In this document: positions 26,047 to 42,930 of the stretch, piece after piece
Layout of the letters: every line of letters begins with the position of its first letter
Numbering within the stretch: the stretch's first letter is position 1
Assembly: GCF_009914755.1 (NCBI RefSeq)
Contig: NC_060931.1
Length of the DNA stretch: 64,000 bases
DNA from: the human T2T-CHM13v2.0 reference genome, Homo sapiens
Strand: one strand, 5' to 3'
Made by a program: the position numbers and the translations under genes
Notes under the pieces: generated by a model
What the model was told of the DNA's origin: nothing
The model's input: only the letters and a program-made list of their open reading frames with translations
Databases searched by the model: none

Positions 26047-26352
<306 letters not shown>

Positions 26353-26634
26353 CAGATGAGGTCTTGCCCTGTTGCCCAGGCTGGAGTGCAGTGGCATGAT
26401 CACAGCTCACTGCAGCCTTGACCTTCTGGGCTCAAGTGATCCTCCCACCTTAGCCCCCTGAGTAGCTGGGACTACAGGCCTGTGGCACCACACACAGCTA
26501 ATTTTCATATTTTTCTGTAGAGACAGAGTCTCATTATGTTGCTCGGGCTGGGCTCCAACTCCTGGCCCAACTGATCCTCTCACTTCAGCCTCCCAAAGTG
26601 CTAGGATTACAGGCGTGAGCCACAATGCCCAACC
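26353..26634 (-). mobile_element. AluJ, tail-to-tail with the previous Alu
   Basis: Diverged Alu consensus. Confidence 0.9.
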
Positions 26635-27050
26635 ACTTTGCACTTTTTAAGCCTTCTTTATGAAATCTTTCATTTGGCTATATAATTTTACCTTTGACAC
26701 GTAGGTCTCTGATGCATTTAGAGGAAGGACCCAATTTCCTTTTTTTTTTTTTTCCATATAGCTGAAGCCAGTTATCCCAACATAATTTACAAAATTCTTT
26801 CCCCAGGATTTATGATGCATGCTATAGCCCACCCAATTCCCACAGGGTATTTGGTCTGCATCTGCACTCTCTCTTCTGTTCCATTGCTTTATTTGTCTCT
26901 TCCTGCCCCTAAAACCACATAGTTTCAATCACCATGGCTTTAAGGTATGTCTCAAGACTAATAAGGTCAATCCCTCCCACCCTTGCTTGTCTTGTTCAAA
27001 CCTATCATAGGCATTCGAGAATCTGACTCTTTCGCAAAGATGGACACTCA

Positions 27051-27374
27051 GGCCAGGTGCAGTGGCTCGTACCTGAAATCCCGGCACTTTGGGAGGCCAA
27101 GGCAGGAGGACCACCTGAACTCAGGAGTTCAAGACCATGCTGGGCAACATAGTGAGACCTCATCTCTACCAAAAAAAATAAAATAAAGAAATAAGTCGAG
27201 TGTGTTGGCATGTGCCTGTGTTCTCAGCTACGCAGAGGGGCTGAGGTGGGAGGATCGCTTGGGCCCAGGAGATCGAGGCTGCAGTGAGCCATGATTGCAC
27301 CACTGCACGCTAGCCTGGGCAACAGAGTAAGTCCCTGTCTCAAACAACAACAACAGCAACAACAACAAAAACAA
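27051..27374 (+). mobile_element. AluJ
   Basis: Alu consensus with (CAA)n tail. Confidence 0.9.
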
Positions 27375-27559
27375 AGATGGACACCAAGTCTTGCAAGGAC
27401 AGCACGGCAGGGAAGGGGCGCAGGGCGAGCTGACCTCTCAGTCTGTATATATCTGACACCTCTGAAAACACTTCTGCCACTTAAACCCTCAAAACAAAAG
27501 AACGATACATTCTCTGTCAGTATATTCTCTAAAACCATGAGAGACGCTACTCAGTATGA

Positions 27560-28003
<444 letters not shown>

Positions 28004-29389
28004 TAATGCTAAACTCTGTCAGTGGCCCCTTATGGAACGTAGCTGGACGTCACCCGAGTCCCCAGGGCAGGAGGGGGTGCTGCCCCTCCGGGACTCACTC
28101 AGCTCAGGGGACAACAGGGCTGTCAACGGTGCCTCTATGATCAAACTGAAGGTTACTGATTTTTTAAGTGTAAGCAGTAAACTGAAGGATGAAACTGGCT
28201 GTGAGCAACTAACCATTCAAGTTTATTTTCTCTTTGAATTGGAAATGCTCAAACACGTCTTTAAAGTTCAATAACTTTTCTAGTTTTAGGCTGGTGAAAA
28301 AAGGTTTGGGGTTGTTTTGCTTTTAGCCAGACCACATACAATGAAGGTTTCCCACGGTGACTCTGTCATTGGGAATCCACTGGAAGGGAAGTCCCAGTTA
28401 AGTGGCAGTGAGTTATTCCCATGTAAAAAGAGGAAAAGCAATCCTTTCACCTCCACTGTGCTAAGATAAGAGTTATTTTCAAGTCAGAGTCATAGCGGAA
28501 GAAAAATATTTCAAATGAAAACAACCACAAAGAGGTTTGCGGACAAGGGAGGACAGAACTCACGGCACCCCGTCGGCAGAGGAAGGCAGCGGCGCTTCCC
28601 GCGTGCACACAACAGTCCCTGCGGCCCGCACACCCCTGGCTGTCATCGGGGAGGCCGAGTCCTGCTACCTGTCCTGAGTGACAAGGCGGGACGACAAATG
28701 CAAACTCAGAGCTGGCACTCAGCGACAACACAGACCTGCCACCCGCCTGCCAGCTCCATCGCAGCACTGGGGGCAGGAGGGCAGCCCACCACGCCGCCAG
28801 GTGGCCAGGGCTGCAGGTTCCTCTGTCGCTCAAGCCACATCCACACTCCTGGACGGCCACACCATCCCCACACCACCCTCCCACACACACACAAAGAAAA
28901 CGGACCCCACTCGGGAGTCTTGCAGACGCATAGGAGCTAAGACCCACAGAGGGGCCTCCTCTCCTCAGGGCACCAACCCTTCCACAGGTATTTAATAAGC
29001 ACCTACTGTATACCAGACATTGGATGGGCTGTTTTTCAGTCAAAAGCCCAGTGAGTGCTGGGGTGGTGTTCCCAGGCTTTGTTTAGCCTGAACCTTCCTG
29101 GCTAAACCTCGGCGGCTTTACAAACTCTCTAGGGTGCCTCTTTACAAAGTGCGCATCCAAAGCCACGGTGATGTCCCTGTCTCCAGGAACGCATGAATGC
29201 CAAGACTCTGCACGTCACCATCCCTGAGACCCTGGGTTTGCCAGGCACCCAGCCCCTCCGAGAGTGGCCCAGGAGAAACAAATGTCGCCACTGTGGATCA
29301 GGCCTGAGGGCCTGGGGCAGGTACTCAGCCATATGGTCCCAGTGGGCAGGGGCTCGTGTGGCCGAGTCCAGGCAGCCAGGTCCAATACT

Positions 29390-29560
29390 GCAGCTCTCAA
29401 TAGAGGGCAGGTCTGCCTCCAGGGAACATCTGGCCATGTCTGCAGACATCTTTGGTTGTTACAACTTGGGGGTGGGGGCACAGGAGCCAGGGACACTGCT
29501 CATCGCCCTGCAACCACGGACGCCTCCCTCAGCAAAGATGCCCCAACCTAAAATGTAACG
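29390..29560. mobile_element. MER20 hAT element
   Basis: ggaacatctggccatgtctgcagacatctttggttgttacaact. Confidence 0.75.
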
Positions 29561-30147
29561 GGAGGAAGGGAGAAAGCAAGGAAGGCCAGCCCTCCCCGGG
29601 CTCTGCGCGGGTTTAACACTTACCCCTCCTGCAAAGGCAAACCAAGCCTCCCCTCACCGTTCCCCAGCCCCTGACAAAAACCACATGGCCCTGTCATCGC
29701 CCCTCCCCAGTGCATCTAAGTGGCTGCTGTCTTATCTCGGTGACAGGACCCAGGCCCCTCTGTGGGGCACCAGCCCTAAATACAGCCTTCTAGGAAAGGG
29801 GAGTGAGAGCCACTTCCAGCCCGGCCATACCTCCAGCACCAGCCTCCTCCTGGAAGAGACCCTCTAGGTCTTGTGACTCTGGAAATCAGGGGGAACCTGG
29901 TGGCTATGAGAAGGAGACATTTATGGAAAACAAAAACCCAAAGTGCCTGCGTGCATTTCTACAGGGGGGTAGCAGTGAACTAAGTGATGAGTGAACCGGC
30001 AGGAAGCGCCTGGCTGACACCTTCCCCACCAGACTCTGTAGGGGAGTCCGAGGTGAGGGGCAGGGGAGAGGCCTGAGAGACTTTGGCGAAATGCTTCCCC
30101 TGAAATGGTGCAACCCGTTAGCCCAACCCAGAACCAATGTGACTCTG

Positions 30148-30434
30148 TTTTTCTTTTGAGTCAGAGTCTCGCTCTGTCACCCAGGCTGGAGTGCAGTGGT
30201 GCGATCTCAGCTCACTGCAACCTCCGCCTCCTGGGTTCAAGCGATTCTCTGCCTCCCAAGTAGCTGGGATTACAGGTATGCACCATCATGCCCGGCTACT
30301 TCTTTTATATTTTCAGTAGAGACGGGGTTTCACCATGTTGGTCAGACTGGTCTTGAACTCCTGACTTCAATTGATCTGCCTGCCTCGGCCTCCCAAAGTG
30401 CTGGGATTACACGCGTGAGCCACCGCGCCCGGCC
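30148..30434 (-). mobile_element. AluS
   Basis: Alu consensus. Confidence 0.95.
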
Positions 30435-31977
30435 AAGTGTGACTCTTACCATAGGAGTAATGGGAAATTATTGAAAAACAGTGTTACAGTGTTGAGCAAC
30501 CTGGGGCTGGACTCGTTAACACAAACGTACATGGTCACACATGCATGCACACACATGCACACCACACAGACACACACACATGGTCACACGTGCACATCAC
30601 ATCACCACATGCACAGGCCAGGGGTCCCTTCCCTTTCTCGCCACTTTTTCCAGGTGAGATCGAACTGTTATCTCACCAGGGATCAGGGACAGCCCCACGC
30701 TGGGTCCTCTTGGGAGAGAATGCAGGAGCTGAAGGGGCCCTGGCGTGCGCTGGACCTCACTGGGCCTGCCCTGCAGGGGCAGATGTGATCCTGCCATCCC
30801 GCCGTCCTTTTGAAACTACACCACCCACTTCAGTAGGATTTGTTTCACTGCAGCCCCCCACCTTCCCCCAAAGCGACACGGTGACACATGCCCCACACTG
30901 AGGGCCACTCTCAGGACAAACAGACACCACAGCAGCCCCATCGGTGCCCAGGGAGGCGCAGGACAGGCGGGCTGCTGGAAGGCGCAGAGCTCACCATCAC
31001 CGGAGGTATGTAATGGAGAGGACACGGTGGGTGTTAGGAAAGCCTCCCCACCACGATTCTTCCACGTCACTCCAACCTGAGGCAGGCTGGCGCCCACGGC
31101 TGCTGGAGAAGCTGCTACAGTGAAAAACCCCTCGGCTTCCCACCTCCTCCCCTTCTCTGGCTCTCAGTCGTTCCCCTTGGAGGGGCGAGGGAGGAATCGC
31201 CTAGTGCCGGCTGCAAACTCACTCAGGGGGACGTGGGACACAGCAAAGGCTCAGTGCCCTCCCCGTTCCGTGCCTCCAAGCCAGCAGGAGAGACCTCTCA
31301 GAGGCGGGTTCCAGGGATGTGCACAGAGGCCGCCTCCAACCCACGGAAAGGCCGTGCAGGTGTCTCACGCAGGGAACAGTTCCAAGTGGGAGACTGTGTG
31401 TGTGAGCACCTGTGTGGACATTTCTCTGTCCAGGTACCCATGTGTCACCACAACAACCGAACACACTCTAGCGCAAAGCTTCTGGGCGCGGGCCTGTTTG
31501 AGGCAGGGCTGTCCAGCTACAGTAAGGTCTGTGCGGGGTCATCCCCAGCGGAGCCTGGCTTATCCACGTGGGGACCCCCTGGGTCTAGCCTTCCCCCGGC
31601 TCCAGGCAGAGGCTCAATAACCGTTCTGTAATGAGCAGAAGCATGTGTGCATGCCTCTACCAGCTGCTCCATCTCAAACCACCCGGCCGCCTCAGTGAAC
31701 CTTCTTGGCATGGCTGAGGGTCACAGGAGTCCCTGGGCCACAGCCAGAGAAGGTCAGCAAGGAAGGATGAGTGCCCGAGGCCCAGGGGGCCAGCTCTGGG
31801 TAGGTAACACAACCTGCTCCAGCCCAGATGAGTGTGTCAGTATGGCTGGGCAGCCTGATGGACTCTCTTTGGCAGGTTTCGAAAACCGCCACGAGCTTAG
31901 ACAGGCTGTGAGCAGGGGTGCTTTCGCTCGCCCTGAATAATTTAACAGGAATGATTCCAAAAGAAGTGCATGAGCTT

Positions 31978-32665
<688 letters not shown>

Positions 32666-33204
32666 CTACACTGGCAGTCGCCTATCACCTGTGAAGACGG
32701 CGGGCCTTCCCAGGGCTCCTCCTCGCCCGGTGACACACAACGCAATGGCCTGAGGACAGGCCAGGCTGATCCCCAGCCACACAGCAGCAACCCTGGCCCG
32801 TGCTCTGCAGCCCCAAGGTGGCCCTGTCCCACTCGCTTTTTGCCCGCTGCTTGGCAGAGGCAACGCATGGTGGAAGAATGACCGAAATTCTGTGTCTGAC
32901 ATTGAAGAGCCTTTGTTCCCGTGCAGAAAACATCCCACCATGCGCCTCCTCCCTTTCGGGTTTCCTGGCCTCACAGGAGGTCTTTTTGAATCAGGAGGGG
33001 AGGGACCCCATCTCTGCCACCGGATCACCGGTCCTTCCAAGGGACCACTGGATCGTGACATGGCAGGGTCAGGATGAAAACCAAATCCCAGAAGTGGCGA
33101 CCTCTGGGTGGAGGAAGGATCCCCAGGTGCAGGCAATTGGGGGTGCTTGTCTGAGCAGACTTTAAGAGCCATAATTAAAGCAACCACAAGTTACTCTTTT
33201 TATT

Positions 33205-33799
<595 letters not shown>

Positions 33800-34396
33800 A
33801 AAATTATTTTTTATGACACACACCTATTAAGATAATCAACTTCTTTCCACCAATTGAATAAATCACCAGACACAGTGGGCCCCAGGCCCCGGGGCTCTCA
33901 AACTCTGCGGCAGGCACTCAACGCCACCCGTGCTCTCGGCACTCCTCAGACCGACAATGATCGGCTGCCCGTGGCCAGGCCCTCCTCAGGAAGGCCTCCC
34001 ACCACCCAGGCACCCACAGACCCGCGGTACGCTGAGTGCACCGTGGTCACCTCTGGAGACCTTGCAACCCGGCAATGCCACGTAGGTTTTGGCCTGGGAC
34101 AGATTCCTTGATTGTCTTTTCACTTCATTGCCCCAAAAACTCCCCGACAAGGTCGCAGGTGCTAAAGGACTTGGAGGGACCCTGTATTTAACAAGGCGTG
34201 CGTGGTTGCTATGGTCAATGAGATGACTGCTGGAGAGCTGGACAATAATCTGATCAGACAAAAGAACAGATGTGGCCTCAAATATTGCAAGAATATATCA
34301 GGAGCCTCTGAGGAACACCAGCCAGCCTCCTGCTGCGTAGACAAACTACAACTTCCCAGACAGCTGAGGTGAAAGTGGTGAGTTTAAGAGGAAACC

Positions 34397-34654
<258 letters not shown>

Positions 34655-34803
34655 TCAAACATCCAGGACACGGGCTCCGACTGCCTCCTGCAGAGCGAGC
34701 CCGCCCCACGCATGTCCCCTGCACCACTCCTTCTCCGCCTACCTCGGCTGGCCTTCTCAGCGCTCAGACCCACGGCTCTTCCTGAACCTGTGGCCCCCCT
34801 CAC

Positions 34804-35338
34804 CTGCCGTGATGGTGTCCACCTCCTTGGCTGCCAGCTCCTCCACGTCCGACCTCTTCCTCAGCTCAAACCTCCGGGATAAACCTTCTCGGGGTTTCCA
34901 TAATTCCTGGATCAAGAGGGGCTTCTCACTGTCCCCAAACACCCGAAAGCACCGGGCCTGCCACCGCTGCCCAGCATCGCCGGCTTGGCCCACCACGTCA
35001 CACAGCACGTACTGGCCGGCCTGCCTGGGGTCCAGGGCGTACCGCTCCAGCGCCTCCTTCACCAGCTCACGGGCGCTGGAGGTGCCGGTGGCCAGGACGC
35101 TCTTGTAGTGGGTTCCTGTGCAGACACTGTCCCCAAACACCTTCAGGACACCAGGGGCCGACAGCTGGGTGGAGAGCTCGGCGGGGTCATCGCTGGCGCC
35201 CAGGCTGGAGAAGGTGGAGTCCAGGTCCCGGTACTTGTAGCTCAGCGTCCGGGACAGCATGCTGGACAACAGCTGGCTCTGCCGCTTCAGTTTGCTCTTG
35301 GTGGGCGGGGACATGATGAAGTGCGTCCCATAAAACAT
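34804..35338 (-). CDS. RADIL: RADIL (Rap-associating with DIL domain) first coding exon, 535 nt, N-terminus and RA domain; gene continues past the left edge
   Basis: accATG at 35338 gives MFYGTHFIMSPPTKSKLKRQSQ...GVLKVFGDSVCTGTHYKSVLATGTSSARELVKEALERY...RRFELRKR; donor CAG|GTGAG at 34804/34803 (phase 1). Confidence 0.95.
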
Positions 35339-35402
35339 GGTGGGTGAGGCTTCATGGATGAGGACTGTGGGCTTCAGCCAAAGGATGTGGGGAGGCCGTG
35401 AC
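35339..35402 (-). other. RADIL: RADIL exon 2, 5' UTR portion
   Basis: Acceptor ctctctcactttttcacccag|GT at 35403/35402 with a CTAAC branch-point match near 35424-35428. Confidence 0.85.
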
Positions 35403-35460
35403 CTGGGTGAAAAAGTGAGAGAGGTTAGCGCCAACCATCGTGACCACCAAGAGCAAATGA

Positions 35461-35742
35461 GGCCACAGGCGGTGACTCCTGCCCGTCATCCCAGCGCTTT
35501 AGAAGGCCAAGGTGGGAGGACGGCTTGAGCCCGGGAGTTCCAGACCAGCCTGGGAAACATAGTAAGGCCCCGGCTCTACAAAAAATTTAAAAATTAGCCA
35601 GGCATGGTGGTGTGCACTGTACCCACTGCTCTGAAGGCTGAGGCTGGAGGATGGCTTGAGCCCAGGAGTTCAAGATTGCAGTGAGCTATGATAGTGCCAC
35701 GGCCCTCCAGCCCGGGCAGCAGAGCAAGACCCCATCTCAAAA
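35461..35742 (+). mobile_element. AluJ
   Basis: Diverged Alu consensus. Confidence 0.9.
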
Positions 35743-38056
35743 TCTAATGGACATAACAGGCCGTGGGCATCCTGGCCCCGCAGACCTGACACCAGAGCAC
35801 CTGAGCAGAGGATGTGGCTGGAGCCTGCAGGGCCACCAGAGACCGAGAGGACTAAACGGGCTGGAGCGCCCTTCAAGGAAAGCCATTACTGGGAAACACA
35901 ATGAGGTCGCCTAAGTAAGACACGCTCCGCTGCAGGGCTTGGATTTCTGGAAAGTGCTGGGCGCAGCGCCCGTGTGCAGTGAGCATCAAGGAGCGCCCCA
36001 CCCGGAGCCGGCCCCAGCACCATCACAGCCACAGAAGAGCAGCGGGCAGCCCAAGGGCAAAGCTTCGCCTCTCCGTAAACCTCGTGTCTCCTACCCCACA
36101 GGCTGCGACGTGGGAAATGGGTCACAAACACAGTGCAACCAGGAAAACAGGCGAATCGCAGCCACGTTGGCAGAATAGACCATCAGACATTCCAGACACA
36201 AACCCCCAGAATCTACCCCTCAGGGCAAGAGACCCGTCCTGGCTTGAAGGAGATACTCCCTGGGATGGCAGCACTGAGTGGCCTCGCAAGCACGGCGGGC
36301 ACAAAGGGCCCCTCTCGAGCCGGTGCAGGCATGGCCGGAATGCAGGCGTCCCGCCCACCACAGGCCGCGGGTGCCCGGCGCTCCAGGCCACAGAGATGCA
36401 GTCTCCTGGGGAAACGGGAAAACAGCCTGGGACGCGTTGGCGTGTCATACAATCACACTTCTAATGTCCGTAGCGTGCCCAGGGCCAGGAGTTCCAGATG
36501 GTTTCTCAGTCTCCCTCCAGAACCTCTGTGGGGGCAGGAGGGCAGAGAAAAAGGAAGGCAGGTCTCCGATTTGGAAAAGGTGAGGCTGGACTGCAAGGCA
36601 GGAAAATACTGGAAAACTGCGCACACATCTCCCCATTACTGTACCCCACTTCCGTGCTCATGTTCTCACCAAAGACAAAGGTGGCAGACGAGTGAGCCAG
36701 GAGGAAAGCCTATTTTCTGGAAAGCTCTGGAAAGAGTGGTCCAGGTCCCAGTGAACACAGCACGGGTCGCCTGCCACTGCGACCGGGGTCAGTACTAAAC
36801 ACCGCAGCAGCCAACTGTCACTGTCCAGGCTTGACTCACTCGTCACGCTGCGGGCGCTGCAAAAGGCTTCTGGAAAGGACGGTGGCTGCCTAGGGCCACA
36901 GAAAGCAACCAGGGAACCCCTCCAAAGAAAAGGAGCCACACTGTCCCTTAGGAAACTAAACAGTGGAACCGCCCCAGCCTCCAAAGCTGACACTGCGAAC
37001 TGGCCTCTTTCTAATATCACCGGGGCGTGGGTCATCTTCTCTGGAGCCTCTCACTGCCCGCCAGAGCTGTCATGGGTGAGTCCTGAAATCAGACCACCAC
37101 TCGCTTCCTCCAGAACCAGCCCAGGTCAGCCAGCAGCTGTGCTTTCTCCGAGGACCTTGAACTCTTCAGAAATACTTCCGACAGCTTCGCACACCAGAGA
37201 CTGGGTTCCCAACGCGGACGTCTGCCCTGCGGGGTGGGTGGCTGGCCCTTCTCCTGTTCCTATAGCCCACTGCGGACACTTCACCACGGCAAAGGCTTTC
37301 GCTGTGCCTGGCTTTCTGAAGAGGTGAATTTGCTGTAACAGGTCACGGAGTTCCCAGTACAGGTCATAAGCAGATGGAGCCTTGAGGTTCCATCGAGCCA
37401 GGCCATAAAGGAGTAAAGGAGCAAAGCCTTTGTTTCTCTTCCTCTGAGGAAGGTGCAACGAGTGGCCTTGTCAAATCCTAAGAAGCTCAGAGCCGGCCGC
37501 AGCTTCCCCCACGGACTCATCAAAGGCCTCGGTTTCATTTACAACAAAAGCATTTTCAGACAGTGCTCACATCACAAACGTGCGGCCTGGCCTGTGCACA
37601 CCACACCAGCGGCTTCCAATCGCCCTCTAGTCTGACCTCAGTCTCCTGTGGTCAGTTTTCAAAGTGAGTACTTGGAATCACAGAACAAAACCCCTCAAAG
37701 AGCCTCTCCAGCCGGCACTTATTAACCATCCATGAGAGCTGCACAACCCTGCTCCAAAGCACCTCTCCAGATGCCCCAGGCTTAGAAGCCTCCAGGCAGC
37801 ACACACTGGCAGAGGGTCGGCCACCACCTTTTCATAGTGCTCATTTCCAACGGGTTCCCCAGGGTGCAAAGGCAAAGTGCAGGTGGTGGATGGTACAGCC
37901 TCTGCCACCAGGCAGCTGTGGCTCAGGAAACCTCTGCCTCCGGAGATGAAGTCTGAATGCTGATATAAATACGATACCAAAAACTGGGGAAGCCCCCTCC
38001 AGGCAGGAGAAAGCCCATATCACAGAAAAGTCATGAAGCAGAGCCAAGTATTTAAA

Positions 38057-39030
<974 letters not shown>

Positions 39031-40269
39031 TTACATAATTCTTCTTTAATAAAAAACAAATAGAAAATTACAAACACACAACTGCTAGGTCTCCTCCCAG
39101 GGTCTTAGAAGCTTGAACTTCAGAAATGTTGTTCCCCCCACTTCCCCCCACCCCTGCTTTTCCCACAGTTTCCGGAGCCGGATTCGAAGGCAGAGGCAGA
39201 GTTAGCAGTATCATGAAACAGGAGAAAATGTAAGCAGAGAGAATATGATTGACTCCTTTCCAATAACTCCTTCTTAAGCCCCCAGAAGTCCCTGTTACAC
39301 AAACCTTATCTGTTTTGGGATTTTCAGAAAGCATTTCTCTCCGTTTGGTCATCCTCCCTTGGCCAGACCAGAGGGTGCCCACTTGTTCACACGCTGCCCG
39401 CTTCCGAATCCCAGAAGGCGGAGCCTGGCCTGTTTGTGAGAATGGGATGGACTCGTTTTTTAAAAGGCCAAGGGGAGTGCAGGAAAATCCGACCGGGCGG
39501 AGCACGCCCTGGGTAACAAGATCTGTTTTTCTGGAAGTGCGACCGGCCTCTTCTGCCCCATTCGCTCCTCTGTGACACAAATACTTGGGGAAAGCGCAGG
39601 GCTCGGACAGCGAGGGTGTGGGGCGCTGGCTGGTGCTGCTCTTAGAGAATGTTTTCTCTTGTTCTCAAGGAAGGGTCCAGTTTCTGATGAAAAACAAGCT
39701 CAAGTCCCAGCGGCGAGTACAGGGAGTGAGGTCAGTGCTGCGCTGACGACATGGGTGGAGCGACCTCTCTGCTCCAACAGGACAATGTGGAACCCATTAT
39801 CATTTCCAGCAGGAGGGAAAACGAAGCGCAGACTTTACACACTCAGCTCTCTCCCCTCCTTCCATGAATCCTATCTTTACAGCCCCAGCCCGAGCCACGC
39901 TTTCAAATGCAAACATAATTCAATCAGATTTAATTCTGACCTGCTAGCTGCTGGAGAGGAGACCGACTTGCCCCCCAGCAAAAGGGACTTTCAAGACTGG
40001 TTCCTGTCTGGAATGCACAAGAGGTGGCCTATATTAACCGCGGGACACGAGCAATCAGATTCTTCTGTGCAATTCAGATTAGCCAAACACTTGACAGGCG
40101 ACAGGGCAGGGCAGGATGGTCCGCAGCCCCGCCAGGGCCCTGCCAACCCCACCAACAGGCTCCTCCTGCGAGGCCCCAGGAGCTCGGCTCAGCATCTGTT
40201 ATCTTGGATGCAGTATTTGTCGAGGGGCTGGAAATGGTACATAAATAGCCGGGAAACAATGCTTTGAGC

Positions 40270-41200
40270 TGGCGCACGAGTGGGGATCGGGCTGCAACCG
40301 GGACGGGGTATGTGCAGGGGACGTCTCGCCGGCCCAGGTGGGAGAGCGCGCGGAACCCTGCGCCCCGCTCCCCCGCTGCGCCCCGCTCCCCCGCTGCGCG
40401 CCCCGGACGAAGCTCCCCCTCCAGGGCACAGCCGGGAAAACTGAGGGCCGAGAGTCCCCTGGAGTTGGGGGTCCGGGGCCCACGCGGACAGCCAGGCTCA
40501 GGAGCTCTCGGGGGTCGGCAGCGCGGACCCCCGGATCCCCGCAGGCTGGGCCGCCCTTGCCCGCGCTAGCCGGCCTCCGGGTACCGCCCCCCGGTCCAGG
40601 CCGGGGCCCGACAGCCAGTCGGTTCCCATGGCAACTGGGCAAACCTGCCCTCCGCGCCCCGACCAGCGGCCGGGAGTGTCCCCGAGCGCGCCCCGCGGCC
40701 TCCGCGCCCCAGGTCCCCGGCAGCGGCCGAGCAGCGCCCCTTACGAGCCACCCCCGGTTCCGCAGTCACTCCTCGCGCACCCCACACTCACCTCCGGCAC
40801 AACCCGCCGCGCCGCCACGTTCCCGCGCTGCTCCCACCCGCCGTTGGCTGGGGCCGGCGCCCAGACCCGCGCGTGCCGCGGCGCCTCCTGCCGGCGGCGC
40901 AACGGGCGGGGCGGGGCCTCAAGGGGACGGGGCCACAAAGGGTGGGGCGGGGGAGAACAGGTGGGCTGGAGCTGGGCCTCGGCGCCCAATAGGCAGAAAG
41001 AAAGCCTCGAGGAGGCGGGGTCTCCAGGAGAGGGGCGGGGCCAACCTGCTAGAAAAGGCGGGCTGTGCTCTGGCGCCTCCTGCCGGCCGCCCAATGGACG
41101 GGGATGCAGCCTCGAGGGGGCGGGGCCTCACCGGAGAGGCGGGGTTTTGAAGAAAGGGGTGGGGCTGGTTGTGGAGAGGCGGGACTTGCAGCCCACCCAC
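40270..41200 (-). promoter_or_regulatory. RADIL CpG-island promoter with GC boxes (~40904, 40945, 41033, 41117), CCAAT boxes (40986, 41091) and an intronic RFX X-box (40622-40635)
   Basis: Very high GC and CpG content; motifs read directly from the sequence. Confidence 0.85.
40792..40900 (-). other. RADIL: RADIL non-coding exon 1 (TSS approximate)
   Basis: Consensus donor GAG|GTGAGT at 40792/40791 inside the CpG island, just downstream of the GC/CCAAT boxes. Confidence 0.75.
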
Positions 41201-41859
41201 AGACTGCAGCTTAAGGAGGGGGGGTCCCCGGAGGAAGGGTGGGACCAGTTCTAAGTCCCTGAGCTGCTTGTGGGCTCTGGGCTCCTGCGGTTGGGTGGGC
41301 TATTTCGAGACAGCACCTTCTAGTAGCCCAGTGAGTGGGTGTAGGGGAGGGTAGAGCTGTGCCCCCAATTAATAAACATCTTCTAAGACATCGAAAAGGA
41401 ACAAGGGAGGAATTTCCTCTCCCCTACCATCTGTCTCCCACCCAGAGTTTTAAAAGACAAATCAGGTCATGGCATTCCTGCTTACAATTATGCAAAAAAA
41501 TGACCAGGTCAGCTCTGGGGCTCTGGCCCCAACTGCTCTCCCTGGGGACTTGTTTAAAAAGCAGCTCGTGACCTCGGCACTTTGGCTGGGGTTTTCCCTT
41601 TGAGGAATGTGGGCTAGACCTGGGAGATTCAGGTGGTTCGGAATATCAATATGCAGAATGTGGGCCTCGGGAGTGAACCTTTTTGTGGACAGCTATCGTG
41701 GTATGATTTCCGTAGTCATGACCCCATATTCGCGATGGAGGTCGGAGCAGACATTGATGAGTGTGGGAACAGACATTTATTGACCACCTGTGTGCCAGGC
41801 CCTAGGCAACTTTACCTAGGTCACCTCACTTAATGCTCACATCAATTCTTGTGAGACAG

Positions 41860-42432
<573 letters not shown>

Positions 42433-42726
42433 TACTCCCATTTTTCAGATGAGAAAATAGAGACGCAGAGAGGTCAGGCTGCTGGAGGTAGAGACAAGAA
42501 CTGAGCCAGGAATACAGGACCCTCTGTATACACACCAACCTCCTCGCCTACCCCAGGAAGGGATGCTTGAAAGGAATGACGTGCTTGAATATTTCATTCA
42601 GGTGCGCATGAAGAGACAATGGTCAGAGCTGAAGGAGAGCCTGGGTTCAGGCCTGGGTTTTCCTCCTGAGATATTCCTCACCCTGCTCCTGGCCCATCTC
42701 CCACAGTCCCCACATCCTTCTTCCAC

Positions 42727-42930
42727 AGGGGTCGGATAACTACAACCCATGGGCCAGATCTGGGCTGCCTTCTGTTTTTGTAAATAAAGTTTTATTCAAA
42801 CACAGCTACCCTCATTTGTTTAGATATTATCTACGACTGCTTTCCTGCAACCAGGATTTTACAGCCCCAAATATCTAAAATATGACCTGGCCCTTTATAG
42901 AGAAACTTTTCAGATTGCTTCTTGATCTAG
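42727..42930 (+). mobile_element. MER58A-like hAT element
   Basis: caggggtcgg...gtttttgtaaataaagttttatt. Confidence 0.8.

Noticed and set aside
34757-35434. 225-aa ORF as a stand-alone gene
   Set aside because: Starts at a non-ATG codon in the intron and runs past a strong donor; it is RADIL exon 2 plus flanks
39572-41254. ORFs of 147-270 aa over and next to the RADIL CpG island
   Set aside because: Pro/Arg/Gly/Ala-rich products of stop-poor GC-rich sequence, mostly with non-ATG starts
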